Positions 37,037 through 47,682 of a DNA stretch of 56,171 nt are shown one piece after another. The position numbers and the translations under genes were made by a program. The DNA comes from a virus (lineage: Duplodnaviria > Caudoviricetes). Position 1 is the first letter of the stretch. Every line of letters starts with the position of its first letter. The notes beneath the pieces are model-generated. The model ran no database searches. It worked only from the letters and a program-made list of their open reading frames with translations, and was not told the origin of the DNA. The stretch covers positions 1 to 56,171 of IMG/VR virus record IMGVR_UViG_3300027782_000107; one strand, 5' to 3'.

Positions 37037-37060
37037 AGAGAGTAGAATGGGAGACCTCCA

Positions 37061-37399
37061 GTGGCATCGATAGCAAATTTATACGTAGATTCGGGTTCGA
37101 CATACAGTAATATTATCACTGTAGCATCAGCCACAGGCACAGCCCTAGATTTATCTGGATATACCATCGCTTCTCAAATGAGAAAGTCTTATGGTTCTTC
37201 CACTTATTATACATTTACCGCAAGCATTTATGATGCTGCAACAGGTAAGGTTAGATTACAACTAACATCGACACAAACTTCTGCGATTCCAGCAGGTAGA
37301 TATCTTTATGACATAGAAATCACAAATACATCTACAACGGCAAAAACACGAATCTTGGAAGGTATTGTTATAGTAACCCCAGAAATAACACAGACTTAA
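37061..37399 (+). CDS. Small virion protein (BppU-like Ig-fold adaptor)
   Basis: GTG start with GGGAG; ANLYVD.G..Y...DLSGY...SQMRKSY.S...G...L.LT..QT..I.AGRYLYD.EI...RILEG...V.P. Confidence 0.7.
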   Translation: MASIANLYVDSGSTYSNIITVASATGTALDLSGYTIASQMRKSYGSSTYYTFTASIYDAATGKVRLQLTSTQTSAIPAGRYLYDIEITNTSTTAKTRILEGIVIVTPEITQT

Positions 37400-37401
37400 T
37401 C

Positions 37402-37656
37402 ATGGCAGAAATAATTGCAGTTGTAGATGATCCAACCCAATCAATAATCACTGCCACCACAAGTACAGGTGGCACGACTATTGTAACAGGTAGTTCTTTA
37501 TCTAATCCTCAATCAGTTGATTCTCTTTCGGCGATTGGTAATGTAGATACATCAACACTTAATAATGGGGCATTATTAGTATACAAAACAAACACTAACA
37601 AGTGGACTTCTACGACTACGCTAGATGCGCAGAACATGGAAGGCGGAGAATTTTAA
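37402..37656 (+). CDS. Small virion protein ending EGGEF
   Basis: L..IGNVD....NGALLVY.....KW...MEGGEF. Confidence 0.7.
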   Translation: MAEIIAVVDDPTQSIITATTSTGGTTIVTGSSLSNPQSVDSLSAIGNVDTSTLNNGALLVYKTNTNKWTSTTTLDAQNMEGGEF

Positions 37657-37668
37657 CGGAGATTAAAA

Positions 37669-40600
37669 ATGGCATCAATAATTAGAATAAAAAGATCGTC
37701 AGTATCTGGAAATCCAGCAACGCTTGGTGCTGGTGAATTAGCGTACTCAGCCTTAACCGATAATGGCTCAAATGGTGGTGATAGATTATACATTGGTATA
37801 GGATCAGAAACAGCAGGTAATGCTGTAAACCACTTTGTTATCGGTGGTAAGTATTTTACCGATATGCTGGATCATACTCCAGGTACGCTAACTGCGTCAT
37901 CTGCGATTGTTCTTGATGCCAGCAGTAAAATTAATAATCTTAATGTTGGTAATCTAACTCTTACTGGTAGCACTAATACTATCAGTTCAACAGATACCAA
38001 TGGTAACATTGTTTTAACTCCAAATGGTACTGGTAAAACAGTTCTTAACAATCCATACATTAATGGTACAACAGACACTCTTGCTGAGTATATCTACGAT
38101 ACAGTTGGTGGTGCGGTAACTGGTACTGCAAACCAAATTAGTGTTACCAACTCTGATGGTTCCAATACTTCTACCATTGCTCTAATTAATACTGCAGTCA
38201 CTGCAGGTAGTTACGGATCTGCCACTGCGATACCAACATTCACTGTTGATGCACAAGGTCGTTTGACTGCTGCAAGTACAGCAAGTATCTCAACAACTCT
38301 CGCTATCGCTGGCGACACTGGTACTGATTCTGTTGCTCTTGGTACAGATACAATTACTTTTGTTGGTGGCACTGGCATTACTTCTGCTGTTGCTGCAGTT
38401 GGTGCTGCAACTAGCGTAACTTTTGATATTGATTCAACTGTTGCCACATTAACTGGTTCACAGACTCTTACCAATAAAACTTTAACTCTACCAACTATCG
38501 GTGGAACAGGTGCTGTATTTAGTGGCTCAACTTCTGGAACAACTACTGTACTTGCCACTGCCACAGCTGGTACAACTACTTTAACTTTACCAGCAGCAAC
38601 TGATACATTGGTTGGTAAAGCAACAACAGATACTCTAACAAATAAAACAATCGCTGCTGGTTCAAATACTATCAGTGGATTAACTAATAGCAACCTTTCT
38701 GGTACTGCTGGTATTACTAATGCCAATTTGGCAAACAGTTCTGTTACTGTTGGTTCTACATCAATCAGTCTTGGTAGCACTTCTACTTCACTTGCTGGTT
38801 TAACAGCCATTACATTTGCTGGTTCTACTTCTGGAACTACTCAAGTTCTTTCTGGTGCAATTGCTGGTACTAGCGTACTAACATTACCAGTCGCTACAGA
38901 TACCTTAGTCGGTAAAGCAACTACAGATACTTTCACTAATAAGTCTATCTCTGGTTCTACCAATACTCTTTCAAATATTGCCAATGGGTCACTCACAAAT
39001 AGTTCTGTTACTATTGGTTCTACTTCAGTATCACTCGGTGCCACAGTAACTACGTTTGCTGGTTTAGCATCTGTTACATCTACAGCCTTCGTTGGTGCGC
39101 TGACTGGTAATGCTTCTACTGCCACCACTTTACAAACTGCTCGTGCAATCAACGGAGTGAACTTCGATGGTTCTGCTGCAATTACTGTTACTGCTGCAGC
39201 TGGTACGCTAACTGGTGCTACATTAAATTCTACTGTTACTGCTTCTAGTTTAACCAGCGTTGGTACTATCGCAACTGGTGTTTGGCAAGGTACTGATGTT
39301 GGTGTTCTTTATGGTGGTACTGGAACTTCTGATGGTTCTATCACTGGTACTGGCGCACTAACTTTCACTGCTGGTGGTTCAAATACAAACGTAAACCTAG
39401 TTCCAATTGGCACTGGTATTGTTGATGTTGGTGGTAAGCGTGTTGGTAATGCTGCAGATCCTACTCAGTCTACTGACTTGGCAACTAAGGCATATGTTGA
39501 TGGTCTTGCCAATGGTCTAGATGTTAAAGCATCTGTTAAGGCTGCATCTACAACTGCTCTTACTGTTACTTACTCAAATGGATCTTCTGGTGTTGGTGCT
39601 ACATTAACTAACGCTGGCACTCAGGCTGCATTAACTCTTGACTCTATCGCTCTTTCTGTTGCTGATCGTGTTCTTATTAAGAATCAAGCATCTGCTCTAC
39701 AGAATGGTGTTTATACTGTTACTACTGTTGGTACAGTTTCTACAAACTGGGTACTTACTCGTGCCACTGACTTTGATAATAGTCCAAGCACTGAAATTGG
39801 TCCAGGTTTGTTCTTCTTCGTTGAACAAGGTACAACACAGGCTGATAATGGTTATGTAATTACAACTGATACAGCAATCACTATTGGTACTACTGCGATT
39901 GATTTTGTTCAGTTCTCTGGTGCTGGTCAAATTACTGCTGGTGCTGGTTTAACTAAGTCTGGTAATACATTAGACGTTGTTGGTACTGCAAGCCGTATTA
40001 GCGTTGCATCTGATTCTATTGACATTGATGCTAACTATGTTGGTCAAACATCTATTACTACTCTTGGTACTATCGGTACTGGTGTATGGCAAGGAACTCT
40101 TGTTGCTGGTCAATACGGTGGTACTGGTGTAAACAACTCAGGTAAGACAATCACTCTTGGTGGTAGTTTTACACATACTGGTGCTCATACACTTGGCTTA
40201 ACAACTACTGCAAATACTTCTGTTACTCTACCAACGACTGGCACTCTTGCCACATTGGCTGGTTCAGAGACATTTACCAATAAGACTTTAACGAGTGCAA
40301 ATTTAACAACACCTGCTATTGGTTCTGCTGGTTACACAGTTGCTGGTTCTTCTTCAGGAACAACAACGATTGTTGCAACTGCAGCTGCATCTGGTACACT
40401 AACTTTACCTGCTGCAACTGATACATTAGTTGGTAAAGCAACTACTGACACTCTCACTAATAAGACTTTAACATCACCAACTATTAACGCTGGTGCGTTG
40501 TCTGGCACATTCACTGGAAGTTTTACTGCTTCTGGTGTACCTACATTCTCCAATACGACTGATGCATCTAGCACTACTGCTGCTGGTGTTATTATGTCTG

Positions 40601-40707
40601 GTGGTCTTGCTCTTGCAAAATCAATGTATGTTGGTATTAATATCACTGGTGCTGGTGCAGCAACTTCAACTCTCGATGGTTTCAACATCGATGGTGGTAC
40701 GTACTAA
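37669..40707 (+). CDS. Long tail-fibre-like protein (Thr/Gly-rich)
   Basis: N-terminal IRIKRS...GELAY; TDTLTNKT repeats; ATKAYVD...GLDVK...DRVLIKNQ...QNGVY...LTRATD; C-terminal IDGGTY. Confidence 0.8.
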   Translation: MASIIRIKRSSVSGNPATLGAGELAYSALTDNGSNGGDRLYIGIGSETAGNAVNHFVIGGKYFTDMLDHTPGTLTASSAIVLDASSKINNLNVGNLTLTGSTNTISSTDTNGNIVLTPNGTGKTVLNNPYINGTTDTLAEYIYDTVGGAVTGTANQISVTNSDGSNTSTIALINTAVTAGSYGSATAIPTFTVDAQGRLTAASTASISTTLAIAGDTGTDSVALGTDTITFVGGTGITSAVAAVGAATSVTFDIDSTVATLTGSQTLTNKTLTLPTIGGTGAVFSGSTSGTTTVLATATAGTTTLTLPAATDTLVGKATTDTLTNKTIAAGSNTISGLTNSNLSGTAGITNANLANSSVTVGSTSISLGSTSTSLAGLTAITFAGSTSGTTQVLSGAIAGTSVLTLPVATDTLVGKATTDTFTNKSISGSTNTLSNIANGSLTNSSVTIGSTSVSLGATVTTFAGLASVTSTAFVGALTGNASTATTLQTARAINGVNFDGSAAITVTAAAGTLTGATLNSTVTASSLTSVGTIATGVWQGTDVGVLYGGTGTSDGSITGTGALTFTAGGSNTNVNLVPIGTGIVDVGGKRVGNAADPTQSTDLATKAYVDGLANGLDVKASVKAASTTALTVTYSNGSSGVGATLTNAGTQAALTLDSIALSVADRVLIKNQASALQNGVYTVTTVGTVSTNWVLTRATDFDNSPSTEIGPGLFFFVEQGTTQADNGYVITTDTAITIGTTAIDFVQFSGAGQITAGAGLTKSGNTLDVVGTASRISVASDSIDIDANYVGQTSITTLGTIGTGVWQGTLVAGQYGGTGVNNSGKTITLGGSFTHTGAHTLGLTTTANTSVTLPTTGTLATLAGSETFTNKTLTSANLTTPAIGSAGYTVAGSSSGTTTIVATAAASGTLTLPAATDTLVGKATTDTLTNKTLTSPTINAGALSGTFTGSFTASGVPTFSNTTDASSTTAAGVIMSGGLALAKSMYVGINITGAGAATSTLDGFNIDGGTY

Positions 40708-40750
40708 ATAATTTTGTGCGGGGAGTTCTTACTCCCCTGTTTCCTTTTTT
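40703..40750 (+). promoter_or_regulatory. Late promoter ACTAAATA followed by a GC hairpin and an interrupted U-tract
   Basis: ACTAAATA at 40703-40710; GGGGAGT-TCTT-ACTCCCC at 40720-40737; then TGTTTCCTTTTTT. Confidence 0.6.
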
Positions 40751-40761
40751 AAGGTTAGAGA

Positions 40762-43700
40762 ATGGCGAATAAGGTTCTTCTTAAGAAGTCCTCAACTGTT
40801 GCGAAAGTGCCAGTTGTAGGGGACTTAGATTACGGTGAAATAGCATTAAACTATGCTGACGGTAAACTGTATTTTAAAAATTCCACAAACGTCGTTCAAC
40901 CACTTGGTATCGCATACACCAAGGTAATAGCAAACACAACTGCAAAAATCAATCAGGGATATATTGCCAACACTAGTGCTGGCTCGTTCACAATTACCCT
41001 TCCCTCTTCTCCTCAAACTGGTAACTATGTCATTATTGTAGATGACTCTAGTTTTGTTACAAATAATCTTTATGTTTCAGGTGGCGCAGAGCCAATAGTT
41101 GGAGCGTATGAAAATCTAACACTTGATATTGCTGGTGTTTCAGTAACACTGCTTTATGATGGTGGTCAATGGAATGTATATACCCAAGTCGGTGCGACTG
41201 GTGGTACTGGTGCTGGAACAGAAAGCACAATACATAACTATAATAGTTTTGCTTCAAGTTTAGTTCCTTCTCTTAATAATACTTACAAATTAGGCAATAC
41301 ATCTTACGGATGGATATCTTTGTATTATGGCGATGGTACTATTCAATCTACATCATCAAATGCTGATGGTTCTAGTATCACTAACAGTAGCGGAACTATT
41401 ACTGCTCAGGCTGGTGGTCTTGCAGGTAATACATTAAAATCTACTGTTCTTTATTCAAGTTTAACAACACTTGGTTCACAGGGACAAAGAATAGATTGGA
41501 CATCAGGAAGTGGTGTTGCCGCACCATCTTTTACTTCATCTAGTTCTGGGTCTAAGTTAATTCTTTATCCTGCTGTAACTTCAGTACAGGCTGATTATGC
41601 TATTGGTATTGATAGTGCCACTATTTGGAATAGTGTCCCAGTAAATTCGTCAAGTTTCTATTTTAAATGGTATGGTGGAACAACCAATGTGGCTACGCTA
41701 GATGGTACTGGCGCATTGACTCTTGCCAGCACTCTTGCTGTTAATAGTCCTACCATATCAACAACCAGCACAGGTACTGCTGCATTATTTAATACCAATG
41801 CCACTACCCTAAACATTGGTGGTGCAGCAACTACAGTTTCTATCGGTGCTGCGACTGGTACGCTAACAATCAATAATGCCAATACAGTTATCACTGGTAA
41901 CTTAACTGTAAATGGTACTACAGAAACAATTAATGCTACAACTGTTACTGTTGATGATAAAAACATTGAATTAGGTAGTGTAGCATCTCCTACTAACATT
42001 ACAGCTGATGGTGGTGGTATTACTCTTAAGGGTGCTACTGATAAAACATTTAACTGGGTCAGTGCTACTTCTGCGTGGACTTCTTCAGAACATTTAGACC
42101 TTGCATCTACTAAAGCATATTATATTGCTGGAACTTCAGTTCTAAATGCAACGACTCTTGGTTCTGCAGTTGTTACTTCTAGTTTGACAACAGTTGGTAC
42201 TATTGGAACAGGTGTATGGCAAGGAACTTTGGTTGCTGGCCAATATGGTGGAACTGGCGTAAATAATTCTGGTAAAACAATAACACTCGGTGGTAACTTA
42301 ACTACCTCTGGTGCATTTGCCACTACATTAACTGCAACTGCCACTACTAGCGTTACACTTCCAACTTCTGGAACTCTTGCTACATTAGCTGGTTCAGAAA
42401 CCTTTACTAATAAAACTCTTACTAGTCCAACTCTGACAACTCCAGCACTTGGTGTTGCCACTGCTACTAGTATTAATAAAGTTGCATTTACTGCACCTTT
42501 GACTGGCTCGACTTTAACTATTGCCGATGGTAAAACATTAACAGCAAGTAACTCGCTTACATTTACTGGTACTGATTCTACTTCTTTCGCATTTCCTGGA
42601 ACGAGCGACACTGTTGTAACTCTTACTGCTACTCAAACTTTAACAAATAAAACTTTGACTAGCCCAACTATGACAACACCTACATTGGGTGTTGCGAGTG
42701 CAACTTCAGTTAATAAAGTAGCGATTACTGCTCCAGCTACTTCAGCTACTCTTACTATCGCTGATGGTAAAACATTAACAGCGTCAAACACTCTTACATT
42801 TACAGGTACAGATGCATCATCAGTTGCCTTTGGTGCTGGTGGTACAGTTCTTTATTCAGGTGGTGCTCTTGGAACACCATCTTCAGCTACACTTACTAAC
42901 GCTACTGGTCTTCCTGTAAGTGGTATTACTGCTTCTACATCTACCGCACTTGGTGTTGGTAGTATTGAATTAGGTCATGCAACAGATACTACTATCGCTA
43001 GATCTTCGGCTGGAGTTATTTCTGTTGAGGGTGTAGTTGTTCCAACTGTATCGTCAACAAATACTTTAACAAATAAAACCCTTACTGCTCCAGTTATTGA
43101 TAATATCAAAATGGGTTATAGTACTACTGTAACTGCAGCTGGTACGACTACATTAACTGCTACTAGTAACTTTAGACAATTATTTACTGGAACAAGCACA
43201 CAAACAGTTGTGCTTCCAGTCACTAGCACTTTAGTTGCTGGTATGAGTTATGAAATTGAAAATAACTCAACTGGTAATGTGACTGTTCAATCTTCTGGTT
43301 TAAATACAATAGTTACAGTTCTTCCAGGAACTTGCGCACATCTGTTGTGCATCGGAACAACACTAACTACTGCAGCAGATTGGGATGCTGACTTTATCTC
43401 GTTTAGTGCAGTTACTGGTACTGGCTCTGCTGTATTGGCAACTAGCCCGACTCTAGTAACTCCAGCATTAGGAACTCCTTCTTCTGGTACATTAACTAAT
43501 TGTACTTTCCCAACGCTGAACCAGAACACAACTGGTTCAGCTGCAACTCTAACTACTCCAAGAGCAATCAACGGAGTAAACTTCGATGGTTCTGCTGCAA
43601 TTACTGTTACTGCTGCAGCTGGAACATTATCTGGAGCAACTCTTGCTTCTGGTGTTACTGCTTCTAGTTTAACTTCAGTGGGAACTATTGCTACTGGTGT

Positions 43701-44304
43701 CTGGAATGGCACTGCAATCACTGGACAATACGGTGGTACTGGTGTAAACAATTCTGGTAAAACAATAACTTTAGGTGGTAACTTAACCACTTCAGGTGCG
43801 TTCACTACAACACTAACTGCCACTGCTAACACGAATGTAACATTACCAACTAGTGGTACTTTAGCAATAAATGGACCAGCGTTTAGTGCTTATGCAAACG
43901 CTACTGGACAAACAATTACTAGCGGTTCACAGCAAAAAGTTTTATTCCAAACTGAAGAATTTGATACCAACAGCAATTATGCCAGTTCAACATTCACTCC
44001 TACAGTTGCAGGTTACTATCAACTAAATGCTGAAGTTCGTTTAGATGGAACATCTGGTACTGGTGAAATGATGATTGTTCTTTACAAAAATGGTGCAGAA
44101 TACAAGCGTGGCACAAACCAACAAGGCACACAAATTGCCGCAAATTTTTGGGCTATGCAAGTTAGTTCATTAGTATATGCTAACGGATCTACTGATTACT
44201 TTGAAATATATGTTCAACAAGGGTCTGGTGGAAGTGTGACTGTCACTGCTGTTAATAGTCCAGCTATCACTTGGTTTAATGGTTGCATGGTTAGAGGAGC
44301 ATAA
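40762..44304 (+). CDS. Long tail-fibre-like protein with C-terminal C1q/TNF-like head
   Basis: N-terminal LLKKS...GEIALNYADGKLYFK; [10 protein letters not shown] repeats; C-terminal PAFSAY...KVLF.TEEFDT...FTPTVAGYYQ...DYFEIY. Confidence 0.8.
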   Translation: MANKVLLKKSSTVAKVPVVGDLDYGEIALNYADGKLYFKNSTNVVQPLGIAYTKVIANTTAKINQGYIANTSAGSFTITLPSSPQTGNYVIIVDDSSFVTNNLYVSGGAEPIVGAYENLTLDIAGVSVTLLYDGGQWNVYTQVGATGGTGAGTESTIHNYNSFASSLVPSLNNTYKLGNTSYGWISLYYGDGTIQSTSSNADGSSITNSSGTITAQAGGLAGNTLKSTVLYSSLTTLGSQGQRIDWTSGSGVAAPSFTSSSSGSKLILYPAVTSVQADYAIGIDSATIWNSVPVNSSSFYFKWYGGTTNVATLDGTGALTLASTLAVNSPTISTTSTGTAALFNTNATTLNIGGAATTVSIGAATGTLTINNANTVITGNLTVNGTTETINATTVTVDDKNIELGSVASPTNITADGGGITLKGATDKTFNWVSATSAWTSSEHLDLASTKAYYIAGTSVLNATTLGSAVVTSSLTTVGTIGTGVWQGTLVAGQYGGTGVNNSGKTITLGGNLTTSGAFATTLTATATTSVTLPTSGTLATLAGSETFTNKTLTSPTLTTPALGVATATSINKVAFTAPLTGSTLTIADGKTLTASNSLTFTGTDSTSFAFPGTSDTVVTLTATQTLTNKTLTSPTMTTPTLGVASATSVNKVAITAPATSATLTIADGKTLTASNTLTFTGTDASSVAFGAGGTVLYSGGALGTPSSATLTNATGLPVSGITASTSTALGVGSIELGHATDTTIARSSAGVISVEGVVVPTVSSTNTLTNKTLTAPVIDNIKMGYSTTVTAAGTTTLTATSNFRQLFTGTSTQTVVLPVTSTLVAGMSYEIENNSTGNVTVQSSGLNTIVTVLPGTCAHLLCIGTTLTTAADWDADFISFSAVTGTGSAVLATSPTLVTPALGTPSSGTLTNCTFPTLNQNTTGSAATLTTPRAINGVNFDGSAAITVTAAAGTLSGATLASGVTASSLTSVGTIATGVWNGTAITGQYGGTGVNNSGKTITLGGNLTTSGAFTTTLTATANTNVTLPTSGTLAINGPAFSAYANATGQTITSGSQQKVLFQTEEFDTNSNYASSTFTPTVAGYYQLNAEVRLDGTSGTGEMMIVLYKNGAEYKRGTNQQGTQIAANFWAMQVSSLVYANGSTDYFEIYVQQGSGGSVTVTAVNSPAITWFNGCMVRGA

Positions 44305-44699
44305 TGGCTAATACTTTACTAACAAACCTTGTCGCACCAGCTGCATCTGGATTGGTTACAGTATCTGGGACTCAAACACTTACCAATAAAACTCTTTCAT
44401 CTGTAGTTTTAACTGGCACTGTAGCTGCTGGTGGTGGAACAGGATCATCAGGACAAGTTCTTTCTTCTACTGGTAGTGGTGTTCAATGGGTAGATCAAAC
44501 TGGTGGTAGTGGTGGTGCTTCTGGATATAATAATTCATCGTTAACATCATTTCCATCTGGTAATTACAACGGAACAGATACTTATATTGGTGAGAGCGGT
44601 GCTGCTTTTGATGCGTTTGGAGTATCACTTTTAGCAACATTTACGTGTATGGATCCAGTGGGATCTACACAAACAACTGATCTTGGTGTATTAACATAA
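44304..44699 (+). CDS. Small fibre-associated protein
   Basis: TAATG coupling; QTLTNKTL; [13 protein letters not shown]; ends TDLGVLT. Confidence 0.7.
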   Translation: MANTLLTNLVAPAASGLVTVSGTQTLTNKTLSSVVLTGTVAAGGGTGSSGQVLSSTGSGVQWVDQTGGSGGASGYNNSSLTSFPSGNYNGTDTYIGESGAAFDAFGVSLLATFTCMDPVGSTQTTDLGVLT

Positions 44700-44700
44700 A

Positions 44701-44708
44701 GATAAATA
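44701..44708 (+). promoter_or_regulatory. Late promoter GATAAATA
   Basis: Intergenic, upstream of the GAGG SD and ATG 44727. Confidence 0.65.
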
Positions 44709-44726
44709 GATTCGAGGAAAAATTAA

Positions 44727-46721
44727 ATGCCAACACAAGTACAATTTAGAAGAGGAACGACTGCCCAGAATAATGCATTTACTGGTGCAGCTGGAGAACT
44801 CTCAGTCGATACAACACTTAATACGCTAAGAGTTCATGATGGCTCTACAGCAGGCGGAACTGCACTTGTTAATTTAACTGGTACTCAGACTCTTACCAAT
44901 AAAACTCTTACTAGTCCTACATTAACTACCCCAGCACTTGGAACTCCAGCGTCGGGTGTTTTAACCAATGCCACAGGACTTCCAATATCCACTGGTGTTT
45001 CTGGTCTTGGCACTGGTGTTGCTACTTTCCTTGCCACACCATCTTCTGCCAATTTAATCTCTGCTATTACAGATGAAACAGGCTCTGGTCTTTTAGTTTT
45101 TGCCACTAGCCCAACACTAACAACTCCAACATTAGGTGTTGCTTCTGCCACTAGCATTAATAAAGTTGCTATTACTGCACCTGCTACTGGTTCGACTTTA
45201 ACTATTGCTGAGGGTAAAACTCTTACTGCTTCTAATACATTAACATTTACTGGCACTGATACTTCTTCTGTAGCATTTGGTACTGGTGGTACTGTTGTTT
45301 ATACATCTAATAAATTATCTGTTCATGCAGCTACTACTTCTTCTGAATTAGCAGGAGTTATTTCTGATGAAACAGGTTCTGGTGTTCTAGTATTTGGTAC
45401 TAGCCCTGCGATCACAACATCTTTAACTACACCAAGTGCTTCGTTTGATCTTATCAATACGACTGCCACTACTGTAAATTTTGCTGGTGCAGCAACTACT
45501 CTTTCTATCGGTGCAGCAACTGGTACGGCTACTATTAATAATGCTAACGTAATTATTACTGGTAACTTAACTGTAAACGGAACAACTACTACTGTTAATT
45601 CGACTACTCTAACAGTTGATGATATTAATATTGAACTAGGCTCTGTGGCATCTCCAACTGATGTTACTGCAGTTGGAGGTGGTATTACACTGAAAGGTGC
45701 TACTGATAAAACAATCTCTTGGGGTTCAACTAATGGTTGGACTTCATCAGAAGATCTTAATGTCGCTTCTGGTAAAATTTACAGAATTAATGGAACATCA
45801 GTTCTTTCTGCAACAACATTAGGTTCTGGTGTTACTGGTTCTTCATTAACATCTGTTGGAACTATTGGTACTGGTGTTTGGCAAGGCACATTAGTTGGTG
45901 CTACTTATGGTGGAACTGGTGTTAATAATGGATCTAATACATTAACTCTAGCAGGTAACGTATCACACGCTGGTTCGTTTACTCAAACCTTTACCGCTAC
46001 TGCTAATACTTCATTAACATTACCAACAACTGGTACTCTTGCTACTTTAGCAGGTTCAGAAACATTTACCAATAAGACTTTAACTTCTCCAGTTATTGCT
46101 ACTATTAGTAACACAGGCACTTTAACTCTACCAACCTCTACTGATACATTAGTTGGTCGTGCCACTACTGACACCTTAACCAATAAGACTTTAACTCAAC
46201 CAACAATTGATAACATTAAAATGGGTTATACCACTACTGCTACTGCAGCTGGTACAACTACATTAACTGCGTCAAGTAATTATCGTCAGTTCTTTACTGG
46301 AACAACTACACAAACTATTGTTCTTCCAGTCACTAGCACTTTAGTTGCTGGTATAGCATGGGAAATTGAAAACAATTCTACTGGTCTTGTTACAGTAAAT
46401 TCTTCAGGTGGTAACTTAGTCGGAACTATTCCTGCAGGTGTATGTGTTCATGTGGTTTGCGTGGGAACAACATTAACTACTGCTGCAGATTGGGATTGGG
46501 ATTACATCTCTACCACTACTATAACTGGTACTGGATCAAATGTTTTAGGAACTGCTCCAACTATTAGTAACTTAACACTATCTGGAACTTTAACAGCAAG
46601 TTCATCTGCTGGTACTAATGGTCAGCTTTTATCGTCCACTGGATCTGGTGTCCAGTGGACTACACCATCATACGCAAGTACTGGTAAAGCCATTGCGATG
46701 GCAATGGTATTCGGAGGATAA
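44727..46721 (+). CDS. Fibre protein with Mtd-N/hyaluronidase-N-like anchor domain
   Basis: [12 protein letters not shown].....FTGA.GE..VDT....[11 protein letters not shown]; DETGSG.LVF repeats; C-terminal [14 protein letters not shown]. Confidence 0.8.
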   Translation: MPTQVQFRRGTTAQNNAFTGAAGELSVDTTLNTLRVHDGSTAGGTALVNLTGTQTLTNKTLTSPTLTTPALGTPASGVLTNATGLPISTGVSGLGTGVATFLATPSSANLISAITDETGSGLLVFATSPTLTTPTLGVASATSINKVAITAPATGSTLTIAEGKTLTASNTLTFTGTDTSSVAFGTGGTVVYTSNKLSVHAATTSSELAGVISDETGSGVLVFGTSPAITTSLTTPSASFDLINTTATTVNFAGAATTLSIGAATGTATINNANVIITGNLTVNGTTTTVNSTTLTVDDINIELGSVASPTDVTAVGGGITLKGATDKTISWGSTNGWTSSEDLNVASGKIYRINGTSVLSATTLGSGVTGSSLTSVGTIGTGVWQGTLVGATYGGTGVNNGSNTLTLAGNVSHAGSFTQTFTATANTSLTLPTTGTLATLAGSETFTNKTLTSPVIATISNTGTLTLPTSTDTLVGRATTDTLTNKTLTQPTIDNIKMGYTTTATAAGTTTLTASSNYRQFFTGTTTQTIVLPVTSTLVAGIAWEIENNSTGLVTVNSSGGNLVGTIPAGVCVHVVCVGTTLTTAADWDWDYISTTTITGTGSNVLGTAPTISNLTLSGTLTASSSAGTNGQLLSSTGSGVQWTTPSYASTGKAIAMAMVFGG

Positions 46722-46722
46722 T

Positions 46723-47679
46723 ATGGCGGTTAGCACAAGAGAAGGTTTAAAACAATATGCTCTACGAGATCTCGGTGCACCTGTACTTGAGATTAACGTG
46801 GATGACGACCAATTAGAAGATCGTCTTGATGAAGCATTAGATTACTGGAGACTATACCATTACGAAGGTATTGAACAGATTTATCTTAAACAACAAATTC
46901 GTGCTTCTGAGATTGTTTTAACTACTTCAGTCGCTGCAAATTTTAATTTAGCAGAAATAATTACTGGGGCATCCTCTGGTGCGACTGCAGAAGTTTGTCG
47001 TGAATCCAGCAGAGTTTCCACTGGTACTCTGCTATTAGTTAGAAATATCTCTGGCACGTTTACTGCTGGTGAAGCCATTACTGGTTCTGCAGGACATAAT
47101 GCAACTACAGTTTCTATCACACTTCGTGAATATGATAATCGTTACATTGATATTCCAGATTATGTTTGGGGTGTTACAAAGATTCTATCTGCTGGTCAAG
47201 CATCTTCTTCAAAGAACATTTTTGACTTACAATATCAATTACGCTTAAATGACTTGTATGATTTAACCTCTACATCTTTAATCTACTACAAAACAGTTAT
47301 GTCGCACTTGGCTCTGTTAGATTTAGAGTTAAATGGACATCAAGGATATAGATTTAATCGTTTGAATGGTCGTTTATATCTAGACGCAAACTGGGCAACT
47401 GACTTTATTCTTGGTGATTATATTATCGTTCAGGCATATCGTGCAATGGATCCAACAACATGGACTAAAGTTTACAACGAGCCATGGTTAAAACATTACG
47501 TATCAGCATTGTTTAAAAAACAATGGGGAACTAACCTAAAGAAATTCTCTGGTATTCAACTTCCAGGTGGTGTTACATTAGATGGTGATAAACTATACTC
47601 AGAAGCCATTGATGAAATTGAAAAACTAGAACAAGATTTAATGACCAAGTCTGCTCCGCTAGACTTCTTCATGGGATAA
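46723..47679 (+). CDS. gp13: Neck protein
   Basis: Start moved to ATG 46723 (GGAGG SD). LKQYALR.LGAPVLEINVDDDQ..DR.DEAL; WLK.Y..AL.K.QWG.NL.KF.G.QLPGGVTL.G. Confidence 0.93.
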   Translation: MAVSTREGLKQYALRDLGAPVLEINVDDDQLEDRLDEALDYWRLYHYEGIEQIYLKQQIRASEIVLTTSVAANFNLAEIITGASSGATAEVCRESSRVSTGTLLLVRNISGTFTAGEAITGSAGHNATTVSITLREYDNRYIDIPDYVWGVTKILSAGQASSSKNIFDLQYQLRLNDLYDLTSTSLIYYKTVMSHLALLDLELNGHQGYRFNRLNGRLYLDANWATDFILGDYIIVQAYRAMDPTTWTKVYNEPWLKHYVSALFKKQWGTNLKKFSGIQLPGGVTLDGDKLYSEAIDEIEKLEQDLMTKSAPLDFFMG

Positions 47680-47682
47680 TTA

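Noticed and set aside
37047-37063. Possible hairpin hiding the SD before the GTG start at 37061
   Set aside because: The stem is too short and the loop too tight to support by eye.
44727-46721. Possible diversity-generating retroelement suggested by the Mtd-like N-terminus and repeated DNA
   Set aside because: No reverse transcriptase is in the window, no C-type lectin variable region is seen, and I found no template/variable repeat pair with adenine-specific mismatches.
46618-46722. ORF-track extended starts for gp13 (46618), gp25 (9956) and the 9092 ORF
   Set aside because: They overlap upstream genes. Downstream ATGs at 46723, 9977 and 9122 fit an SD, a promoter or the family N-terminus better.
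37872-47120. Many antisense ORFs of 60-200 aa opposite the fibre genes (e.g. 38211-38810, 42120-42611, 43287-43832)
   Set aside because: They are shadows of Thr/Gly/Ala-rich coding with T-ending codons, which gives few reverse-strand stops. They are V/P/A-rich and lie entirely within well-supported + strand genes.
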